From NCBI GenBank assembly GCA_030390025.1, contig CM059432.1, positions 117,492,001-117,556,000 on the forward strand: a DNA stretch of 64,000 nt, read 5' to 3'. Of this stretch, positions 55,801 to 64,000 are shown piece after piece. Position numbers and translations under genes: made by a program. Position 1 is the first letter of the stretch, and each line of letters begins with the position of its first letter. The notes beneath the pieces are model-generated. The model had not been told where the DNA came from. It worked only from the letters and a program-made list of their open reading frames with translations, and did no database searches. The stretch is from Squalus acanthias (lineage: Eukaryota).

Positions 55801-58557
55801 TGCATTTTATCCCTAACTGCAAGTTCAAGCTGCAAGGTTAAAGTTACCTGAGCCCACTGCCCATCCCCCGACCATGCCTGTTCTTCGTTCTCAGTGAGCA
55901 CTGGCCCTTCACTTAAACTTAGCTCCCAATTCCCAGACCTCTCTGCCATCAAGACTACGCTTCTCCACTAGACTAGTGATCTAGTGACTAGTGGATTGCG
56001 AGTGGAGCTCGGGGCCAGGGATCGCGAGAATATCAGTGCTAATTTGATCCTGTGAGAGACATCACTCATGTCCGAGGCCGGGACCCAGGAGCGAGGACGA
56101 GCCCAGCAGCGAAGTCAAGGCCCAGGAGTGGCGCAGCGTGGACCAGCAGCGGCGTCGGGGCCCAGGGAAGGTGCGGCACGGGCCAACAGCGAGGTCGGGA
56201 GGACCACAATGCATCCTACGAAACCCAGGCAGAAAGGACCTGCGGGAAGGAGGGAGGAGGACAGTAGCATTATGTTTGTGTGTGTGTGCTAGGCCGTTGT
56301 AGCAGAGCCTGGTCTCCAATCGTCTTGGATCCCCTTGCCATTGGACCAAGATCTTGCTCTGTAAAGCCCGTGTGGTAGCTGGTGTGCAACGGCAACCCCA
56401 CGTTAAAAGAATTCACGCACAGGCATCTTCCACCCTTTAAAATGAAGTTCGGGACCTGGAACGTCAGGACCCTCATGGACAACCCCAACAGTGACAAACC
56501 GGAACGCAGTACTGCTATCATTGCCCAGGAGCTCAGATGTTTCGATATTGACATCGCCGCCCTAAGTGAGACCCAGCGGGCAGGGGAAGGCCAGCTCAAG
56601 GAGCAAGGCAGTGGCTACACCTTCTTCTGGAAAGGCAAACCTAAAGAAGAACGCCGTCTCCACGGGGTAGGCTTCGCCATAAAAAAAGGAACTAGTTGGG
56701 CATCTCAGAGACTCTCCTAGTGGTATAAATGAGCACCTCATGACTCTTCGGCTCACCCTAGCCCAGAACCAGTGCGCTACGGTCATCAGTACGTATGCCC
56801 CAACACTGGAAGCCACAGACGAGACCAAAGCGGAATTCTACTCCAGCCTCGAACAATCCCTGTCCCGAGTCCCAACGGGCGACCAGCTGATCTTCCTTGG
56901 CAACTTTAACGCCAGAGTTGGAAAGGACACAGACCTCTGGGGAGGTGTGATCAGCAGAGAGGGGGTAGGGAAAGCCAACTCCAACGGTACCCTCCTCCTT
57001 TCGAAATGCTTAGAACATGACCTTGTCATAACCAACACCTTGTTCCATCAGAGAGACAAGTACAAGGCTTCATGGCAGCACCCTCGCTCCAAGCACTGGC
57101 ATCTGCTGGACTACATCATCATCCGAGCGAGGGACCGCAAGGATGTCCGCATCACTCGCGCCATGACAGGAGCTGACGACTGCTGGACAGACCACCGCCT
57201 AATCCGCTCTATCATCTCCATCAATGTAGCCCCAAAACAGCAGTGGCAACAGAAACAATGCCGCAGGAAAATTAACGCTGGAGCACTCAAAGACCCCGCT
57301 AAGTAAGCCCTATTCAGCCTGCGCCTCACAAACAACCTGACGACTCCCAGTGATTCAGAGACACTGAGTTTCCACAGCGCCTGGTCTACACTCAAGGCCC
57401 CCATAATCAGCACCTGTGAAGAGACACTCGGTCACTCGAACAGGAAACACCAAAACTGGTTTGACGAGAATGACCAGGAGATCCAGGAGCTAATAAGTCA
57501 CAAGCGCAAGGCATTCCTGATCTGGAAACAGCAACAGAACTCAAGAGCAAGAAAGCAGCTCGACAGACGCCTGAAGGCTGAGGTCCAACAAAAAACTCGC
57601 CACCTAAAGAACAGATGGTGGGTGGAGAAAGCGCAGGAGATCCAGCAGCTAGCCGACAACCACGACGTGCGTGGATTCTTTAGCGCTGTCAACATAAGAA
57701 CATAAGAAATAGGAGCAGGAGTAAGCCAATCGGCCCCTCGAGCCTGCTCCGCCATTCAATAAGATCATGGCTGATCTGATCCTAACCTCAAATCTAAAGA
57801 ACACAAGAAGTAGGAGCAGGACCCGGCCACTCAGCCCCTGGGCCCGCTCCGCCACCCACAGGGCCTTGACCGATCCGAACTCAGCTTCATGTCCAATTTC
57901 CTGCCCTCTCCCCGTAACCCCTAATTCCCTTTACTTCTAGGAAACTGTCTATTTCTGTTTTAAACTTATTTAATGATGTAGCTTCCACAGCTTCCTGGGG
58001 CAGCAAATTCCACAGACCTACTACCCTCTGAGTGAAGAAGTTTCTCCTCATCTCAGTTTTGAAAGAGCAGCCCCTTATTCTAAGATTATGCCCCCTAGTT
58101 CTAGTTTCACCCATCCTTGGGAACATCCTTACCGCATCCACCCGATCAATCCCCTTCACAATCTTATATGTTTCAATAAGATCGCCTCTCATTCTTCTGA
58201 ACTCCAATGAGTAGAGTCCCAATCTACTCAACCTCTCCTCATATGTCCACCCCCTCATCCCCGGGATTAACCGAGTGAACCTTCTTTGTACTGCCTCGAG
58301 AGCAAGTATGTCTTTTCTTAAGTATGGACACCAAAACTGTATGCAGTATTCCAGGTGCGGTCTCACCAATACCTTATATAACTGCAGCAATACCTCCCTG
58401 TTTTTATAATCTATCCCCCTAGCAATAAAAGCCAACATTCCGTTGGCCTTCTTGATCACCTGCTGCACCTGCATACTAACTTTTTGATTTTCTTGCACTA
58501 GGACCCCCAGATCCCTTTGTACTGCAGTACTTTCCAGTTTCTCGCCATTAAGATAAT

Positions 58558-59504
58558 GGCCCGAAAATTAGACCTAATACGCGAGAGTACGCACTGTGTA
58601 CTCTCGCGTTTTAGGTCTCCAATTGCCGGTTTCCTGCATGCACTGCGCATGCGCGGGAAACCGGCACTTCGTGAATTCAAAAGGGGGCGGTTCCTAAGTG
58701 AACCGCGTGCGCGCTACGGACTGCGCGCATGCAGTGCACTTAGTGCTTTGAACGCGCAGGTAAGCATGGAAGATTTTACACATAAAGAAAGGAGGCGTAA
58801 GACCCTCTTTTAACAAGGTAAGTAGTTAATTAAGTATTATTTCAAATTTTTTTCAACAGGTTTATCTTTTTTAGAGACTTTAAAGAAAGGTAAGTTTATT
58901 TTTAAAACTTTTAAAAAGATTTAAAATTTTTTCAAAAATTTTATTTTTTGTTTAAAGTGGTTAATTTATTTAACTATACTTATTTTATTAATGAGAAGTC
59001 GCACAACACCAGGTTATAGTCCAACAGTTTTATTTGAAATCACAAGCTTTCGGAGCTATCGATCGCCCTGAGGAAGGGGCGATCGATAGCTCCGAAAGCT
59101 TGTGATTTCAAATAAAATTGTTGGACTATAACCTGGTGTTGTGCGACTTCTCATTTTTGTCCACCCCAGTCCAACGCCGGCATCTCCGCATATTTTATTA
59201 ATGTGATGGCTTTTTTAAAAATTTAATTGAGGTTTAGCTGTTCTTTTGGGGGTGTGTAGGATTCATAGCTTTGACAGCCCTTGCTGTTAAAACTATGAAT
59301 GAAAGATGGTGTGCTGCCATTGGCTCTAACTGAATCACGTGATCCCAGAGCTCGCACAAACTAATTGCGTCTCTGGGTCACGCAAGCACTGCACAGCTGC
59401 AGCCTTGAAACTAAAGTTCGTGTGGGCCCGGAGGAAAAAGGTAGGCGTGGAGTGAGATATCACGGGGAAGCCTTACCCCCGCGTGAACACCTAATTTCTG
59501 GGCC
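58558..59504. mobile_element. Harbinger-type MITE nested in the CR1
   Basis: TIRs GGCCCGAAAATTAG / CTAATTTCTGGGCC, AAT TSD. Relative of 10969-11732. Confidence 0.88.
58994..59190. mobile_element. Penelope-like palindromic insertion
   Basis: ~80-bp near-perfect inverted arms plus a 3' extension; 13-bp direct repeat TATTTTATTAATG (58981-58993, 59191-59203). Confidence 0.75.
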
Positions 59505-62500
59505 AATAACTTGCTCTCTGATTTTTCCTGCCAAAGTGCATAACCTCACATTTTCCAATATTGTATTGCATCTGCCAAATCTCCGCCCACTCACCCAGCC
59601 TGTCTATATCCCCTTGTAGGATTTTTATGTCCTCCTCACTTTCTACTTTCCCTCCCATCTTTGTATCATCTGCAAACTTTGATATGTTACACTCGGTCCC
59701 CTCCTCCAAATCGTTAATATAGATTTAAAGTGTTGGGGACCCAGCACCGACCCCTGCGGAACACCACTGGCTACTGGTTGCCAGTCCGAGAATGAACCAT
59801 TTATCCCAACTCTCTGCTTCCTGTTAGATAACCAATCCTCCACCCATGCCAGAATATTACCCCCAATCCAGTGATTTTTTATCTTGAGCAATAATCTTTT
59901 ATGTGGCACCTTGTCAAATGCCTTCTGGAAGTCTAAATACACTGCGTCCACTGGTTCCCCTTTATCCACCCTGTACGTTATGTCCTCAAAGAACTCAAGC
60001 AAATTTGTCAGACATGACTTCCCCTTCATAAAGCCATGCTGACTTTGTCCTATTAAATTATGTTTATCTAAATGTTCCGTTACTGTCTCCTTAATAATAG
60101 ACTCCAAAATTTTACCCACCACAGATGTTAGGCTAACTGGTCTATAATTTCCAGCCTTCTGCCTACTACCCTTTTTAAATAAGGGTGTTACATTAGCAGT
60201 TTTCCAATCTGCCGGGACCTTTGCTGAGTCCAGGGAATTTTGGAAAATTATTACCAAAGCATCCACAATCCCTACTGCCACTTCCCTCAAGACCGTAGGA
60301 TGTAAGCCATCAGGTCCAGGGGATTTATCCGCCTTGAGTCCCATTATTTTACTGAGTACCATCTACGACCCAAGCACTCAAGGCCCTACCCCACTGCGGG
60401 CCAAGAACGGAGAGGTACTCATCAAGGACAGAGAGGCAGTCAGTGCCCGCTGGAAGGAGCACTTCGAAGATCTCCTTAACCGCGACTCTGTCTTCGACAC
60501 GAGTGTCCACAACTCCATCCCTCAGCATGCTACCCGCCACCATCTCAGCACAACCCCAGCCCGGCATGAGGTTGAAAAGGCCATCCGACAACTGAAGAAC
60601 AACAAGGCCTCAGGAGCAGATAGAATCCCCGCCGAGGCACTAAGGAAGGAGGAGAGCATGCCAAGGGATCTCAGAGACACCGTAATTGTGACCATCTTCA
60701 AGAAAGGTGACAAGTCCAATTGCGGTAATTGCAGAGGAGTTTCCCTGCTGTCTGCCACAGGGAACGTTATCGCAAGAATCCTCCTCAATCGCCTTCTCCC
60801 AGTGGCCGAAGAGCTCCTTCCAGAGTCGCAATGCGGCTTCCACCCACTAAGGGGCACAATGGACATGATCTTCAACGCATGTCAATTACAAGAGAAATAC
60901 AGGGAACAGCACCAACCGCTGTACATGGCCTTCTTTGATCTCATAAAGGCCTTCGACACTGTCAACCATGAGGGATTATGGAGTGTCTTCCTCAAATTCG
61001 TCTGCCCTCAAAACTTTGTCACCATCGTCCGACTGCTTCACGACGACATGCAAGCCATGATCCTGACCAACGGTTCCACCACAGACCCAATTGACGTACG
61101 AATCGGGGTCAAGCAAGGCTGTGTTATCGCACCAATGCTCTTCTCGATCTGCCTTGCTGCAATGCTCCATCTCACCCTCAGTAAGCTCCCCACTGGAGTG
61201 GAGTTAATTCACAGAACAAACGGGAAACTGTTCAACCTCCATCGCCTCGAGTCCAGATCCAAGGTCGTCCCATCCTCTGTCGTAGAATTACAGTATGCAG
61301 ACGACGCTTGCGTCTGCGCTCACTCGGAGGTCGAACTCCAAACCATCGTCAACACCTTCACCGAAGCGTACGAGAGCATGGGCCTTACACTAAACATCCA
61401 TAAGACAAAGGTCCTCTACCAACCTGCCCCCGCCACACAGTCCTGCCCCCCGATTATCAAAAACCACGACAAGGCCTTGGACAACGTGGACCACTTTCCA
61501 TACCTCGGAAGCCTACTGTCAACAAGGGCAGTCATCGACAACGAAGTCCAACACCGCCTTCAGTTTGCCAGTGCAGCCTTCGGTCGCCTGAGGAAGAGAG
61601 TGTTTGAAGACCAGGACCTCAAACCCGGCACTAAGCTCATGGTCTACAGAGCAGCAGTGATACCTGCCCTGCTGTATGCCTCAGAGACATGGACCATGTA
61701 CAGCAGGCACCTAAAAGCACTGGAGAGGTACCACCAATGCTGCCTCCGCAAGATCCTGCAAATCCATTGGCAGGATAGGCGCACCAACGTCAGTGTTCTT
61801 GCTCAGGCCAACATCCCCAACATCGAAGCTTTGACCGTGCTCGATCAGCTCCGATGGACAGGTCACATTGTCTGCATGCCCGATACGAGACTCCCAAAAT
61901 AAGCGCTCTACTCGGAGCTCCGGCACGGCAAGAGAGCCCCAGGTGGGCAGAGGAAATGCTTCAAGGACACCCTCAATGCCTCCTTGAAAAAGTGTAACAT
62001 CCCCACCGACACCTGGGAATCCCTGGCCCAAGACCGCTCAAGTGGAGGAGAAGCATCCGTGAAGGCGCCGAACACCTCGAATCTCTTCTCCGGGAGCAAG
62101 CGGAAGCCAAGTGCAGGCAGCGCAAGGAGCGCACGTCAACCCAAGCACCCCACCCACCCGCCCCTTCAACCACCGTCTGCCCCACCTGTCCCGCATTGGA
62201 CTCATCAATTACCTGAGAACTCATTTTTAATGTGGAAGCAAGTTATCCTCGGTTCCGAGGGACTGCCTAAGAAGGAAGGTGGCAGTGCCATGAATGGTCT
62301 CATTGCCCCTGGGCTAGAGAGGGAATATATTAGCCTGGTGAAAGAAAGACACAAACAGGAGGAATGATCTTATCACAACAAGCCGTGTAAACAAAAGGAA
62401 GAGCGAGAATACAGAAGAAACACAACTGAGAATGGAAATAGGAAATAGGGCCCAAGGTGATGCTCAGTACAGCCTGAGTGAGCTCCTTTATTTTGATATG

Positions 62501-64000
62501 ACTTGCATGAAGTTTTCGATTTTCCCCATTTATTTCTCCTGGCTTTGTTTGCTGTCATATTATTTTGCCCTGCATAGGATTGAATACTTTTTTGAGACTA
62601 TGATGCAGGTCACCTATAATATATAGGGTTAGAGTTTATCCAAGAAAAATTCTGGTTATACTCACTCGATGATTAATGATATGTTATTTTGCCGAGATCA
62701 TTTTTTGGAGCAGGGAATAGATTGGGATTTCTTGCTTGGCAGGGGAACATTTGTGTTTTTCTTGCAGCTTAAGATGGATTTGCTCTTTGCAGAATTAGTC
62801 TTTGATTGGATTTAACTGGATTTTGCTGTTTTTATCATGAACAGATACTAATGTGCATGAATAAAACATGATTATTTGCAGAATGTATTACTGTATAAAA
62901 TTCCCATTTGCTTAGAGCTTTCTCAGTCTAGCATGTGTATTGAAATCAACTGCGTTGTAAGAAGTGTTATAACAGGTCACGTCCTCTATACCGTGCTCAG
63001 AAAGATTCATTTTACTAATTTGAGATTACCAAGCACAGGACCTAAGGTCAACAACAAATGCTTTTGATTGTCAATAGCTGAAATTACTTGGCATGAACAG
63101 ATCTGTCCACAAACTAAAGCAAACTATTACAATGTGGTAAAGGTTTCTACCGGACTGAAAGAAATAACAAGTGTTTGAGCAATATTTTTCGGAATTCAGA
63201 AAATCAAAAGAGAATCTAGATTTACCAAACTGGCTTCATGTAAAATCTGAGAAAGAGGCCCCGTAGCAGATGCCTTCTTTTAAATCAAGTGCTTTAATAA
63301 TAGTGTTCACCTGTAGCCATCTGTAATGTGCATCGACAACTCACAAACTTGACCTTGGTGGATGCTGGCAGCACAAAAATATGTAGGGAAATTTTGCTGG
63401 ATTGTCAATGGGTAAGTTACAGATTTCCCATAGTCCAATACCTGCGCCAGCAACCCTGGTTCTGTGAGCAATGGGTAACTCTGCTTTTAATGTTCTGTGC
63501 AAATGAGATAAATAGGCTTAAATTCATACTCGGGTGCGAAATGGTCAGCATGCTCCAATTGCACGTCTATTCACGTGGGCTCGGAGATGGCACTAACAAA
63601 AGGCCAAACAAAAAGTGTGGGGAAAAAAATATATATATATGTGATAGAGGTCGAGGTTATGATCTGAAATTGTTGAACTCTATATATATATATTTTTTTT
63701 ATCCACACTTTTTGTTTGGCCTTTTTTTCTTCCCTCCCACATGGCAGCTGTCCTTCATTCTGCCAGCGCAATTCACACTTCATCTCGAGCCATCCTTTGT
63801 TCCTCAACCTGTCCCATTTCCACCTCCTCTTGCCTTGAATATCTCTTAATGTCTCTCAATGTCTCTTAATCTCTCCTGCTTTCTATCCTATCACTGACCT
63901 TCCCTTTTGTTCTTTCATCCCCTCTCCCTTTTCCCAGCCCCTAAACTTGCTTTAAAATCTATCCCATTTCCTGCTTTTTTCCAGTTCTGACGAAAGGTCT

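Larger units (their letters stand above)
57691..60358 (-). mobile_element. 5'-truncated CR1 LINE nested in the RTE
   Basis: ORFs 59643..60362 and 57887..58498; (cataagaa)n tail at 57692. Confidence 0.9.
56000..62272 (+). mobile_element. Near full-length RTE-clade LINE split by a CR1 insertion
   Basis: Endonuclease from 56442 (MKFGTWNVRTL, AALSET, GNFNARVG, TDHRLI). RT resumes at ~60360 (GVKQGC, YADD, LLYASETW). 5' boundary approximate. Confidence 0.88.

Noticed and set aside
1..64000. CRISPR arrays, rRNA or prokaryotic operons
   Set aside because: None seen; the sequence is eukaryotic repeat-rich DNA.

Overview
Repeat-saturated, gene-poor vertebrate DNA. The repeat repertoire (CR1, L2, RTE, Tx1 and Penelope-like LINEs, tRNA-headed SINEs, PIF/Harbinger transposons and MITEs) suggests a cartilaginous fish, but that is an inference. 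No host exon could be identified with confidence. The centrepiece is an apparently intact, very young 12.7-kb provirus on the minus strand (37163-49908), inserted into a CR1 LINE. It has ~1.68-kb LTRs differing at only about 2 positions by eye, a 4-bp TSD (TAGG), a PBS and a PPT. Its gag carries an overlapping PSAP/PPxY late motif and a CCHC knuckle. Its pol is in frame behind a CAA-UGA-CUAG readthrough signal and reads PR-RT-degenerate RNase H tether-RNase H-integrase plus a long tail. Its env is not built like a retroviral SU/TM: it has a paramyxo/pneumovirus F-like layout plus an N-terminal immunoglobulin-like domain. Together these point to a lokiretrovirus-like element. Two further solo LTRs are present, one sharing a conserved U5 hairpin with the provirus. 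The window also holds several Harbinger elements with spliced Myb/SANT genes, MITEs inserted at ATA in CR1 3' tails, a tRNA-headed LINE chimera and multi-level nested insertions. All family assignments come from motif recognition by eye, not from database searches.
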